Assembly (NCBI GenBank): GCA_046304115.1 | Contig: JBKCEY010000429.1 | Location: 1 to 40,222, forward strand | Direction: 5' to 3' | Source: Burkholderiales bacterium | GTDB lineage: Bacteria; Pseudomonadota; Gammaproteobacteria; Burkholderiales; Burkholderiaceae_E | DNA length: 40,222 nucleotides | Shown here: positions 7,664 through 17,057 of the stretch, piece by piece | Position numbering within the stretch: position 1 is the first letter of the stretch | Layout: every line of letters starts with the position of its first letter | Notes under the pieces: model-generated | Told to the model about the DNA's origin: nothing | Database searches by the model: none | What the model saw: the letters and a program-made list of their open reading frames with translations, nothing else | Position numbers and translations under genes: made by a program

Positions 7664-7678
7664 GCAAACGCCATGCCT
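7664..7678 (-). promoter_or_regulatory. Sigma-54 (-24/-12) promoter facing the HisKA_3 kinase gene
   Basis: The minus strand reads aGGCATG-GCGT-TTGC-C with exact spacing. The predicted start is near 7652, about 100 nt upstream of the ATG at 7550. Confidence 0.5.
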
Positions 7679-7744
7679 GCAACGCCTCAACCTGCGTGTT
7701 GACCTGAGATCTCGCAGTCCCCTTTCATCGCCAGGAGAGCTTCC

Positions 7745-8401
7745 ATGATGACCAGTCCATCGAGCAGAAAGATCCGTGTCGCCATCTGCGACGACCATCC
7801 CATCGTACGCGCGGGTTTCCGCCAGTTTCTTGACGGACAATCCGACATGGATGGTGTGCGTGAAGTCGAAAACGGGCGCGAGGCGCTCGAGCTTGTGCGC
7901 AACGATCTGTGCGATGTCCTGTTGCTCGATATCTCCATGCCGGGGCAGAACGGGGTGGACGTCCTGCGGGCCGTCAAGCTGCGCCGGCCTGACCTGCCGG
8001 TGCTGATGCTCTCGGGCTTTCCTGAGCAGCACTACGCCTTGCAGATGCTCAAGCTCGGGGCCAGCGGTTATCTGCCCAAGGACTGTGAGCCGACCGATCT
8101 GCTCAGGGCGGTACGCTCGGTGGCTCAGGGCCGTCGGTTCGTGACGGAGGCTGTCGGCGATCTGCTCGCCAATGGTCTGGGCGGCAACAATGACGAACCC
8201 CCCCACGCCCAGCTGTCCGATCGGGAGTTGCAGGTCTTTCTGCGCCTGGCCAAGGGCGAATCGGTCACTGCGATCGCCAATGTGCTCAATCTGAGCTTCA
8301 AGACCATCAGCACCTATCGATCGCGGGTCCTCGAGAAGCTCAATCTTCGGTCCAACAGCGATGTGACCTACTACGCCATGAAGAACGGGCTGATCGAGTA
8401 A
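7745..8401 (+). CDS. NarL/FixJ-family response regulator (REC + LuxR-type HTH)
   Basis: REC domain (VAICDDHPIVRAG...LLLDISMPG...K) plus HTH LSDRELQVFLRLAKGESVTAIANVLNLSFKTISTYRSRVLEKL. An AGGAGA SD lies 8 nt upstream. Confidence 0.9.
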   Translation: MMTSPSSRKIRVAICDDHPIVRAGFRQFLDGQSDMDGVREVENGREALELVRNDLCDVLLLDISMPGQNGVDVLRAVKLRRPDLPVLMLSGFPEQHYALQMLKLGASGYLPKDCEPTDLLRAVRSVAQGRRFVTEAVGDLLANGLGGNNDEPPHAQLSDRELQVFLRLAKGESVTAIANVLNLSFKTISTYRSRVLEKLNLRSNSDVTYYAMKNGLIE

Positions 8402-8408
8402 CCGTCGC

Positions 8409-10769
8409 TCAGAACATCTGGTCGCGCACGCGATCGCCCGTGGCGCCGCTGCCCAGGCCTTCCTCGGTCAGCCCGAGGGAGGCGACGCCTTTGCCTGGCA
8501 CCGATTCTGCGAAGTACCACTCGCCGTTGACCTGAACCACCCCGGGTGGTGGGTCCGGTGTGCGGTCGGGCACGCCCTTGAGCGCGACTTCCATGGCGTC
8601 GATCCAGATGGGCAGTGCAAGACCGCCCCCGGTCTCGCGATCGCCGAGCTTGCGGGGTTTGTCATGACCGACCCAGGCCACGCCGGCCAGACCGGGCTGG
8701 TAGCCCGCAAACCACGCGTCATGCGAATCGTTGGTGGTGCCGGTCTTGCCCGCCAGATCCTGGCGTTTCAGGCGAAGGGCCGCGGCTGCGGTGCCCTTGC
8801 GAACGACATCGCGCAGCAGGCTGTCCATGATGAAGGCATTACGGGCATCGATCACGCGGTTGGCCTCGTCGCCTGAGCGCACCGGCTGGGCCTGCGCAAT
8901 GACCTTGCCACTGGAATCCGTGATCCGCGCAATGAGGTAGGGCTGCACCCGATAGCCCCCATTGGCGAAGACCGACATTGCGCCCACCATCTGCCATGGC
9001 GTGACCGAGCCTGCGCCCAGGGCCATCGTGAGGTAGGGGGGGTGGCGGGCTGCATCAAAACCAAAGCGCGTGATGTAGTCCTGGGTGTACTGCGTTCCGA
9101 TCGCCTGCAGCAGGCGGATCGAGATCATGTTCTTGGACCGGGCCAGGCCCGCACGCAGGGTCATCGGACCGTCAAACTTGCCGTCGTAGTTCTTGGGCTC
9201 CCAGACCTGGCCGCCGGTGACCGAGGCACTCACGATCACAGGCGCGTCGTTGACCAGGGTTGAGGGCGTGAACCCGCGCTCGAGTGCCGCCGAGTACACA
9301 AAGGGCTTGAAGCTCGAGCCGGGCTGGCGCCAGGCCTGCGTGACCCGATTGAACTTGTTGCGATTGAAGTCAAAGCCACCCACCATCGACCGCACGGACC
9401 CATCGTCGGTACTCGCCGAAACATAGGCAGCCTGCACTTCTGGAAGCTGAGTGATCTCCCATCCCTTGGCGCTCTGGCTGATGCGCACCACGGCCCCGGG
9501 CGATAGACGCTTTGCTGGCTGAGCCTTGTCGGACAGCCAGCCGGCAACGAATTTCAGTCCATCGCCTTCGATATCAACGATCTGGCCGCGACTGCGGCTC
9601 ACAGTGACCTTGCGTGGGCTGGCCTCCAGCACCACGGCCGGGTTGAACTCGTCGATGTCACCCGCTTCGAGCAGCGCTTCCTCGATCTTTTCTTCGCGCC
9701 GGGCCCGGTTGGCGGGCAGTTCGATGCGAGCCTCCGGGCCCCGATAGCCATAGCGCCGGTCATAGCCGATCACGGCCCGGTTGAGGGCCTGGGTGGCGGC
9801 GCGCTGATCGGCCGCGCGCAGGGTGGTGTAGACATTGAGCCCGGCAACATAAGCCTCTTCCCGGAACTGCTCGATGGTCAGTTGTCGCGCGAGTTCTGCG
9901 GCGTAGGGCGCACGCACGGCAAACTCGCTGCGTTCGGGCTGCAGCCGCAGGGGCTCGACCAGTGCGGCCTGGTAGAGCCGGTCATTGAGGTAGCCCAGAG
10001 CATTCATGCGACCCAGGATGTATTCCTGGCGGATGCGGGCCCGTTTGGGATTGACCACCGGGTTGTAGGCCGAGGGCGCCTTGGGCAGGCCCGCGAGCAT
10101 GGCGGCTTCGGCTGCGCTGATCTGGGCGAGGGGCTTGCCGAAATAGATCTGCGCCGCAGAGGCAAAACCATAGGCACGCTGGCCCAGGAAGATCTGGTTG
10201 ATGTAGATCTCGAGTATCTGCTCCTTGGTCAGGGCCTGCTCGATGCGGATCGACAGCAGGATCTCGTAGATCTTGCGGCTGTAGCTGCGTTCGTTCGACA
10301 AAAAGAAATTGCGAGCGAGCTGCATGGTGATGGTGCTTGCGCCCTGGGCCTTGCCTCCCGCCGCGACATTGGCGAGGGCAGCACGCACGATGCCCAGGAT
10401 GTCAACACCGTGGTGCTCGAAGAACCGGTCGTCCTCGGCGGCGAGGATGGCCTGCTTCATGACGTCAGGCACCTCCTGGATGCGCACCACGCTGCGGCGT
10501 TCTTCGCCGAATTCTCCAATCAGGACGCCATCGGACGTGAAGATGCGAAGTGGCATCTTGGGCCGGTAGTCGGTAATGACATCGAGCGAGGGCAGTTTGT
10601 CCCAGGCCAGCACGGCTGTCAGGGCCAGCGCCAGACCGACGGTGCTGACCAGCACGGCCGGAATCAGCACCAGCCAGCCGATCAGGCCCAGACCCCGCTG
10701 GCGCCTTCGCCCCTGCTCAACGCCGCGGGGCCGGCTCGAAGGCCGCAGCCAATCGGACAGGGCAGACAT
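8409..10769 (-). CDS. mrcA: Penicillin-binding protein 1A (bifunctional transglycosylase/transpeptidase)
   Basis: N-terminal TM anchor, GT51 motifs EDDRFFEHHG and GASTITMQ, and transpeptidase motifs SSFKP, SKN and KTGTT. Confidence 0.93.
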   Translation of the reverse strand: MSALSDWLRPSSRPRGVEQGRRRQRGLGLIGWLVLIPAVLVSTVGLALALTAVLAWDKLPSLDVITDYRPKMPLRIFTSDGVLIGEFGEERRSVVRIQEVPDVMKQAILAAEDDRFFEHHGVDILGIVRAALANVAAGGKAQGASTITMQLARNFFLSNERSYSRKIYEILLSIRIEQALTKEQILEIYINQIFLGQRAYGFASAAQIYFGKPLAQISAAEAAMLAGLPKAPSAYNPVVNPKRARIRQEYILGRMNALGYLNDRLYQAALVEPLRLQPERSEFAVRAPYAAELARQLTIEQFREEAYVAGLNVYTTLRAADQRAATQALNRAVIGYDRRYGYRGPEARIELPANRARREEKIEEALLEAGDIDEFNPAVVLEASPRKVTVSRSRGQIVDIEGDGLKFVAGWLSDKAQPAKRLSPGAVVRISQSAKGWEITQLPEVQAAYVSASTDDGSVRSMVGGFDFNRNKFNRVTQAWRQPGSSFKPFVYSAALERGFTPSTLVNDAPVIVSASVTGGQVWEPKNYDGKFDGPMTLRAGLARSKNMISIRLLQAIGTQYTQDYITRFGFDAARHPPYLTMALGAGSVTPWQMVGAMSVFANGGYRVQPYLIARITDSSGKVIAQAQPVRSGDEANRVIDARNAFIMDSLLRDVVRKGTAAAALRLKRQDLAGKTGTTNDSHDAWFAGYQPGLAGVAWVGHDKPRKLGDRETGGGLALPIWIDAMEVALKGVPDRTPDPPPGVVQVNGEWYFAESVPGKGVASLGLTEEGLGSGATGDRVRDQMF

Positions 10770-10980
10770 GATCAGACGCCAGGAGCATTCAGGGGGAGCC
10801 GAGTATACCGGCCGATGTCATGGGCGGTGTCGGCACGTGCCCCCAGTCGACCATCGGCGAAGCGGCGCGACGAACGGGCATCGACAGGGGGATCGGCGGG
10901 ACGCGCACGGGTTCGGCGGATTCCCGGAAAGCGTTACAGTGTCGTCAAGATTGATTGAATCCACCCTTGAAGCCGATGCC

Positions 10981-12063
10981 ATGGGCCTGAGTCTGCCCGG
11001 ATTGTCCCGTTCGCCTGCGCCCGCGCTGCTGGGTGTCGACCTCAGCACCCATCGGGTCAAGGTGGTCGAGCTCGCGCCCGAGGGCCGCGATCGGCTGCGG
11101 CTGGAGCGTTATGCGATCGAGCCGATCGAGCCGGGTGCCATCGTGGACGGGCAGATCGAAAAACCCGAGGCGGTCGCCGCAGCGTTGTCGCGGGCCATTG
11201 TTCGCAGTGGCAGCAAGGCCCGAAATGCGGCGCTCGCCCTGCCTTCATCGGCCGTGATCGCCAAGCGCATCCTGCTTCCGGCGGGCCTGAGCGACGAGGA
11301 TTACGAAGTTCAGGTCGAGTCCGAAGCCAGTCAGTACATTCCCTTTGCGATGGATGAGGTCAACCTGGATTTCCAGGTGCTCGGACCCGCCGAGGGGTCG
11401 AGCGAGGATGTCGAGGTGCTGCTTGCGGCCTCGCGGCGCGAGCGCGTCGAGGACCGGGTGGCACTGGCTGAAATGGCTGGCCTCAAACCCATGGTGATCG
11501 ATGTCGAGCCCTTTGCGGCCCGCCGCGTGATTGACCGGATCTGTACCTTTTTGCCCGACCAGGGCGCCGGTCAGGTGCTGGCTGTTTTCGACATGGGGCA
11601 TGCCAACACCAGCCTGATGGTCCTGCTCGATGGCAAGACCGTCTTCGAGCGAGAGCAGCCCTTCGGGGGTGAGTTGCTCACCCAGGAGATTGCCCGTCAC
11701 TTCGGTCTCAGCCTGGAGGAGGCCGAAGCGCGCAAGCGTGCAGCCGATCTGCCGGAGTCCTATGGTGATGATGTTCTGGCACCGTTTCTCGAGCAAGCGG
11801 CCTCCGAGGTTGCGCGCGCCATTCAGTTGCTCACCACCTCCACGCCCCACAACCATGTCGACCGCATCTTCCTGGCGGGCGGGGTGGCCGTGACTGCGGG
11901 GCTGGCCGAGGCCGTGGCCGACCGTACCCAGGTGGCTACCGAGATTCTCAGCCCCTTCCAGGGCATGGCCCTGTCCGATGCTTCGCGCCGCAAGAACCTC
12001 GAGCAGGATGCGCCTGCCCTGATGGTGGCCTGCGGTCTGGCCATGCGCCGGTTCAATCCCTGA
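10981..12063 (+). CDS. pilM: Type IV pilus assembly protein PilM
   Basis: Actin-like ATPase fold protein of 360 aa starting MGLSLPGLSR...LGVDLSTHRVKVVEL, first gene of pilMNOPQ. The track ORF from 10576 is an upstream over-extension. Confidence 0.9.
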   Translation: MGLSLPGLSRSPAPALLGVDLSTHRVKVVELAPEGRDRLRLERYAIEPIEPGAIVDGQIEKPEAVAAALSRAIVRSGSKARNAALALPSSAVIAKRILLPAGLSDEDYEVQVESEASQYIPFAMDEVNLDFQVLGPAEGSSEDVEVLLAASRRERVEDRVALAEMAGLKPMVIDVEPFAARRVIDRICTFLPDQGAGQVLAVFDMGHANTSLMVLLDGKTVFEREQPFGGELLTQEIARHFGLSLEEAEARKRAADLPESYGDDVLAPFLEQAASEVARAIQLLTTSTPHNHVDRIFLAGGVAVTAGLAEAVADRTQVATEILSPFQGMALSDASRRKNLEQDAPALMVACGLAMRRFNP

Positions 12064-12686
12064 TGCCGCCGCCGATGCAAGCGCCCATCTACATCAACCT
12101 GCTGCCTCATCGCGAGGCTCGCCGCGAACAGCGCAAGCGCGAGTTCCTGGTCGTGATGGCGGGTGTGGCCGTGGCTGGCCTGGCGGCCGTCTTTGCGGGA
12201 GGTGTGGTCATTGACCAGGCCATCGAACAGCAGGCCCGCCGCAATCAGTTCATCAAGGGCGAGAACACCAAGCTCGATGCCCAGATCGCCGAAATCCGTG
12301 CGCTTCGCGAGGAGATCGCGGCCCTGCGGGCGCGCCAGCAGGCGGTCGAAAACCTGCAATCCGATCGCACCCTGCCGGTTCGTCTGTTCGATGAACTCTC
12401 CCGTCTGACGCCCGAAGGCGTGTTGCTGCGCCAGTTGCGCCAGGATGAGCGCAAGGTGAGCCTGTCCGGTCATGCGCAGTCCAATGAACGTGTGGCCGAG
12501 TTCCTGCGCATCCTTTCCGAAAAAAGCCCCTGGCTCGAGCGCCCCGAGCTTGGAGAGATCAAGGAGGTGACCCTGCCCCCGCCAGCGGGTACGCGCGAGA
12601 AGGATCGCGACCGGGACAGCCGCAAGGTCTATGAGTTCTCGCTCAACCTCATGATCCGGCGCTCTGACGCTGCCCAGGCCCGCTGA
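12063..12686 (+). CDS. pilN: Type IV pilus assembly protein PilN
   Basis: Conserved N-terminus INLLPHRE, a single TM segment and a coiled coil. The start overlaps the pilM stop (TGATG). Confidence 0.85.
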   Translation: MPPPMQAPIYINLLPHREARREQRKREFLVVMAGVAVAGLAAVFAGGVVIDQAIEQQARRNQFIKGENTKLDAQIAEIRALREEIAALRARQQAVENLQSDRTLPVRLFDELSRLTPEGVLLRQLRQDERKVSLSGHAQSNERVAEFLRILSEKSPWLERPELGEIKEVTLPPPAGTREKDRDRDSRKVYEFSLNLMIRRSDAAQAR

Positions 12687-12687
12687 C

Positions 12688-13449
12688 ATGGCCCGCCAGA
12701 CTTTGCCCTTGCTCAATGCGGATCGCCTGCGAGCCCAGTTCCAGGGGCTGAGCGGTCGCCATCCGGGACTTTGGCCCCTGCTGCCGCGGGCGCTGTTGCT
12801 GCTGGGCCTTTTTGCAGCCATCGTGGCGGTGGGCTACAGCCTGTACTGGCGCGACCTGTTCGATCGCCTCGAGGCCGGAGAGACCGAAGAGGTTCGTCTC
12901 AAGGCGGCCTATACCGAAAAGATCCGTCTGGCCGTGAATCTGCCCGCGCTGCGCAAGCAAAAGGAGCAGGTTGACCAGTACGTCAGTCAGCTTGAAAAGC
13001 AGCTGCCCAGCAAGGCCGAAATGGATGCGCTGCTGTCCGATATCAATACGGCCGGCGGCATCCGGGGTGCCACCTTGCAATTGTTCAAGCCCGGGCAGGT
13101 CACGGCGCGCGAGCACTATGCCGAGTTGCCGATCACGGTCCGGGTGGCCGGGCAATTCCATGATCTGGCTTCATTTGCCAGCGATCTGGCTAACCTGCCC
13201 CGCATCGTGACCCTCAACAACATGACCATCACCCTGGCCGACAAGACCGGGGTACTCACCCTGGATGCGGTGGCCAAGACCTTCCGGTATCTCGACAGCG
13301 AAGAGATTGCTCAGCAGCGCCAGGAGGCTGCACGGCGCAAACCCGGCCAGCCCGGAGCGCGCCCTGGAGCCCCTGCGGGCAACCGACCGCCGGCCGCAGC
13401 GCCGGCTCCCGCATCGAGTGCAGCACCAGCCAAGTCGGGCAAGCCATGA
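12688..13449 (+). CDS. pilO: Type IV pilus assembly protein PilO (with a Pro/Ala-rich C-terminal tail)
   Basis: Called from its position in the operon, a single TM segment and a PilO-like core (LPSKAEMDALLSDI...). The ~45-aa APAG-rich tail is unusual. Confidence 0.82.
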   Translation: MARQTLPLLNADRLRAQFQGLSGRHPGLWPLLPRALLLLGLFAAIVAVGYSLYWRDLFDRLEAGETEEVRLKAAYTEKIRLAVNLPALRKQKEQVDQYVSQLEKQLPSKAEMDALLSDINTAGGIRGATLQLFKPGQVTAREHYAELPITVRVAGQFHDLASFASDLANLPRIVTLNNMTITLADKTGVLTLDAVAKTFRYLDSEEIAQQRQEAARRKPGQPGARPGAPAGNRPPAAAPAPASSAAPAKSGKP

Positions 13450-14048
13450 TCCTGAGCCCGTTCTCGTTCCTCCCGATTCGCCAGAATGCAACCGGCCGGC
13501 TGCGCCGCCCGTTTTCGCTTGGGCTGGTCGCCGTGGTGGCGGCCTGCCTGCAGGGTTGCGACAGCGGCCATGCCGACCTGCAGTCCTGGATGGACGAAAC
13601 ACGCCGCAACACCCCCATCCGGATCGACACGGTGGAAGAGCCCAAACGCTTCGAGCCCTTTCGCTATCAGGCCGACAAGGCTGCCGATCCGTTTGCGATG
13701 ACCCGGCTGAGGGCCATGGCCAGTGCAGCGGCTTCGGCAGGCTCGCCAGCGTCTGCCAACGCGGGCGTGCGGCCCAACGACAAGCGCGTGCGCGAGCCGC
13801 TGGAAGCCTTTCCGCTTGATCTGTTTCGCATGGTGGGCAGCCTTCGTCGCGGACGTGAGCAGATCGGCTTGCTGCGTGCCGAAAATCAGCTCCACCAGAT
13901 CCGGGTGGGTCAGTACATCGGCCAGAATCATGGCCGCGTCGTGCAGATCAGTGATGAACGCATCCTGATCCGCGAAATCGTCGAAGATGCCGCGGGCGAG
14001 TGGACGCAGCGCGACACCGAAATGCGCCTCCAGGAGAGCGCCTCATGA
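13446..14048 (+). CDS. pilP: Type IV pilus assembly lipoprotein PilP
   Basis: Lipobox LQGCDS, operon position, and ATGA start/stop overlaps on both sides. Confidence 0.8.
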   Translation: MILSPFSFLPIRQNATGRLRRPFSLGLVAVVAACLQGCDSGHADLQSWMDETRRNTPIRIDTVEEPKRFEPFRYQADKAADPFAMTRLRAMASAAASAGSPASANAGVRPNDKRVREPLEAFPLDLFRMVGSLRRGREQIGLLRAENQLHQIRVGQYIGQNHGRVVQISDERILIREIVEDAAGEWTQRDTEMRLQESAS

Positions 14049-16261
14049 GACAGATTGTTCGCCTGTTCTGCGCGTTTGCGCTGTCGTTCACGGCTGGCAT
14101 CAGCCCCGCCCTTGCCCAGGCTGCGGCGTCGGGCAACGCCATCGAGAGAATCGAGAGCGCCGCCCAGGGTGGCAATACGGTCGTCACGCTGACCCTCAAG
14201 GACGCGCCCGCAGCCGCGCCCGGGCTCTTCGTGATCAGCAATCCGGCGCGGCTTGTCCTGGATTTCGTGGGCACCGCCAACGGGATCGGCCAGAACTCCG
14301 TGAGCCTGGCCACGGGCGAGGCGCGTTCGGCGCAGGTGGTGCAAGCGGCTGAGCGCACCCGTGTGGTGTTCAGCCTGCGCCGTGCGGTCGCGCACACCCT
14401 GCGTCTGGAAGGTCGCACCGTGCAGCTCACGCTGGCGCCCGTGACCTCGGCCGACCCGTCCTCCTCGGCCTATCGGCTCGGCGCTGCCGAATCGGGGGCC
14501 ATCCATACCTTGCGCGAAGTCGACTTCCGTCGCGGGCCTTCGGGTGAAGGCCGCATCGTGGTCGAGATGTCCGACGCCTCGGCCGGCGTCGACATCCGGC
14601 AGCAGGGCCAGCAGCTGCTGGTTGATTTCCAGCGCACGCGCCTGCCCGAGGCCCTGCGCCGTCGCCTCGATGTGGCGGATTTCGGCACGCCGGTGCGCAC
14701 CGTGAGCAGCTTCGAGCAGGGCGATGCCACGCGACTCGTGATCGAGCCCTCGGGTCAGTGGGAACACAACGCCTATCAGAGCGACACCCGGCTGGTGATC
14801 GAGGTCAGGCCCGTACGGGCTGACGCGTCACGGCCCGCAGGTGCCGCACGTCCGGGTTACAGCGGCGAGAAGCTCTCGCTCAATTTCCAGAATGTCGATG
14901 TCCGTGCGCTCCTGCAGGTGATTGCCGATTTCACGAACCTCAACATCGTGGTGCGCGAGACCGTGACGGGCGCGCTGACCCTGCGACTGAAGGATGTGCC
15001 CTGGGATCAGGCCCTCGACATCATCCTGCAGGCCAAGGACCTGGGCATGCGCCGCAATGGCAACGTGATCGTGGTCGCTCCGTCCAAGGAGATGTCGGAC
15101 CAGCTCAAGGCCGAGCATGAATCGCGCAAGGAAATCGCCGCAGTCGAGCCCACACGGGTCGAGACCTTCAAGCTCAATTACCAGAAGGCTGAGACCGTGC
15201 AGAAGCTGCTCTCTGACGAGAAGCAGCGTGTGCTCTCCAAATCGGGCAGTGCGGTGTTCGATGAGCGCACCAACACGGTCTTTGTGCGCGACACGGGCTC
15301 GCAGCTCGAAGAAGTGCGTCGCATCATCGCCCAGCTCGATGTACCGGTTCGCCAGGTGCTGATCGAGGCCCGTATCGTCGAGGCCGACGACGGCTTTTCT
15401 CGCAACCTCGGCATCAAGTGGGGTCTGAACGACATTCGCAGTACCGTCGCGGGCGCGGGTTCGCGCATCGACCCGGTCACGGGTGCGGCCACCGCCGTCA
15501 ATGTCCCGGTCTACGGGCCGGGCTCTGCGCTCGTGGGCAGCAATGTCTACTCCACGGTGTCGGGCAATCTGCAGGGCGCGGCCGACCTGTCCTCGCAGCT
15601 GGGCAGCAACCTCAGTGGCACCAACCTCATCGGCCTGGGCCGGCCGACGGCCGTGGGCAATACCAATTTCGTCAATCTTCCGGCGGCTGCCATCAATGGC
15701 GTGAATCCCGCCAGCGTGGCGATCAGCCTGTTTGGCTCGTCGCTCACCCGCTTCATCAATCTCGAACTCTCCGCGCTCGAGGCCGATCAGCGTGGCAAGG
15801 TGGTCTCGAGCCCCCGAGTGCTCACCGGCGACAAATCCAAGGCCATCATCGAGCAGGGCACCGAGCTGCCCTATCAGGCAGCCACCTCCAGCGGCGCCAC
15901 CCAGATCCAGTTCAAGAAGGCCTCGCTCAAACTCGAAGTCACGCCGCAGATCACGCCCGAAGGCACGGTGATCATGAAGGTGGCCGTCAACCGTGATGCC
16001 GTGGGTCAGCTCACCCCGGCCGGCTTTGCCATCAACACCCGTGCGGTGCAGACCGAGGTCCTGGTCGAAAACGGCGGCACGGTGGTCATCGGCGGCATCT
16101 ACGAGCAGACCGAGATCAACCGGGTCAACAAGGTTCCGCTGCTCGGTGACGTGCCGTATGTGGGTGGGCTCTTTCGCAGCACCTCACGGACCAGCAACAA
16201 GACCGAACTGCTGGTCTTTCTGACCCCCAGGGTTGTGACCGACACGGCGATGGCGCGCTAG
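14045..16261 (+). CDS. pilQ: Type IV pilus secretin PilQ
   Basis: Signal peptide MRQIVRLFCAFALSFTAGISPALA, AMIN-like N-terminal repeats, and a secretin C-domain with VPLLGDVPYVGGLFR. The ATG at 14045 overlaps the pilP stop. Confidence 0.93.
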   Translation: MRQIVRLFCAFALSFTAGISPALAQAAASGNAIERIESAAQGGNTVVTLTLKDAPAAAPGLFVISNPARLVLDFVGTANGIGQNSVSLATGEARSAQVVQAAERTRVVFSLRRAVAHTLRLEGRTVQLTLAPVTSADPSSSAYRLGAAESGAIHTLREVDFRRGPSGEGRIVVEMSDASAGVDIRQQGQQLLVDFQRTRLPEALRRRLDVADFGTPVRTVSSFEQGDATRLVIEPSGQWEHNAYQSDTRLVIEVRPVRADASRPAGAARPGYSGEKLSLNFQNVDVRALLQVIADFTNLNIVVRETVTGALTLRLKDVPWDQALDIILQAKDLGMRRNGNVIVVAPSKEMSDQLKAEHESRKEIAAVEPTRVETFKLNYQKAETVQKLLSDEKQRVLSKSGSAVFDERTNTVFVRDTGSQLEEVRRIIAQLDVPVRQVLIEARIVEADDGFSRNLGIKWGLNDIRSTVAGAGSRIDPVTGAATAVNVPVYGPGSALVGSNVYSTVSGNLQGAADLSSQLGSNLSGTNLIGLGRPTAVGNTNFVNLPAAAINGVNPASVAISLFGSSLTRFINLELSALEADQRGKVVSSPRVLTGDKSKAIIEQGTELPYQAATSSGATQIQFKKASLKLEVTPQITPEGTVIMKVAVNRDAVGQLTPAGFAINTRAVQTEVLVENGGTVVIGGIYEQTEINRVNKVPLLGDVPYVGGLFRSTSRTSNKTELLVFLTPRVVTDTAMAR

Positions 16262-16313
16262 CTCCGGGGGCAGGCTGCAGCAGGGCCCCGGCGCCCTCCA
16301 GTATCCTAGGCGG

Positions 16314-17057
16314 ATGTCCAGTTCATCCGTCCCGTCCCTGCGCGACGCGGCCACCCTACCGAGCCACGGTGCGGCGGCGGCGCATCCTGAGGCGCCCGCA
16401 GGGGTCGCTCCATCGGGGTCGGCCGAACCCGCAGGTCTGATCTGCCTGGTGGGCATGATGGGGGCCGGCAAGACCACGGTCGGCAAGCGTCTGGCCCGTC
16501 GGCTTGGATGGGCGTTTGTCGATTCCGATCGCGAGCTTGAGGCGCGCCTGGGCGTGTCCATTCCAACCATCTTCGATCTGGAGGGTGAGGTCGGGTTTCG
16601 TCGTCGTGAATCCGAACTCATCCAGGAACTCGCCTTGCGGCGCGGCACGGTCCTGGCGACCGGGGGTGGTGCAGTGCTCGACCCCGAGAACCGGCGCGCT
16701 CTGCATGAGCAGGGGCATGTGGTTTATCTGCGCGCGACCGTGCAGGATCTCTGGCATCGGTTGCGCCGGGATACCACCCGCCCCCTGTTACGTGCGCCCG
16801 ATCCCCGTGCCCGCATCGAGGCCCTGGTCCGGGATCGTGAGCCCCTCTATCAGTCCGTAGCCCATCAGGTGGTGGAGACCGGACGCCAGCCCGTCGAGCG
16901 GGTCGTGGATGCCCTGCTGGCCGACTGGCCCGGTCGCGTTCATCACGCCCCGGCGAATTCGGTCGATCCTTCCCAGCTGCCCGATCCGGTCGATCCGGTC
17001 GATCAGGCCAGTCAGGCCGATCCAGTCAATCCTGTCGATTCCGAAGGACGCTCATGA
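16314..17057 (+). CDS. aroK: Shikimate kinase AroK (with N- and C-terminal extensions)
   Basis: Walker [12 protein letters not shown] and the shikimate-binding motif DSD...GGG, with a core of about 170 aa. The C-terminal tail is built from degenerate 9-bp repeats. Confidence 0.9.
   Translation: MSSSSVPSLRDAATLPSHGAAAAHPEAPAGVAPSGSAEPAGLICLVGMMGAGKTTVGKRLARRLGWAFVDSDRELEARLGVSIPTIFDLEGEVGFRRRESELIQELALRRGTVLATGGGAVLDPENRRALHEQGHVVYLRATVQDLWHRLRRDTTRPLLRAPDPRARIEALVRDREPLYQSVAHQVVETGRQPVERVVDALLADWPGRVHHAPANSVDPSQLPDPVDPVDQASQADPVNPVDSEGRS
16983..17036. repeat. Degenerate in-frame 9-bp repeat (GATCCGGTC-like, ~6 units) in the aroK tail
   Basis: Read directly. It encodes [20 protein letters not shown]. 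Confidence 0.7.

Noticed and set aside
8496-8510. A -24/-12-like motif TGGCACC-GATT-CTGC on the plus strand, about 95 bp downstream of the NarL-type regulator and antisense to the mrcA 3' end
   Set aside because: It has only a TGC in the -12 block and lies inside a coding region. An equally good match occurs on the minus strand inside pilO (13072-13058, TGGCACC-CCGG-ATGC), so this match quality appears by chance in the window. It would be worth revisiting only if antisense transcription of mrcA is observed.
10832-10841. A 10-bp perfect palindrome GGCACGTGCC in the mrcA/pilM divergent spacer
   Set aside because: It is short and GC-rich, so a chance palindrome is plausible at this base composition. 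No second copy or partner regulator is visible in the window.
10576-10980. N-terminal 135-aa extension of the pilM ORF, and similarly 37262-37687 for the MFS ORF and 14000-14044 for pilQ
   Set aside because: The extensions overlap the divergent or neighbouring gene (mrcA, tauD, pilP) and are low-complexity. The conserved protein sequences begin at the internal ATG codons 10981, 37688 and 14045.
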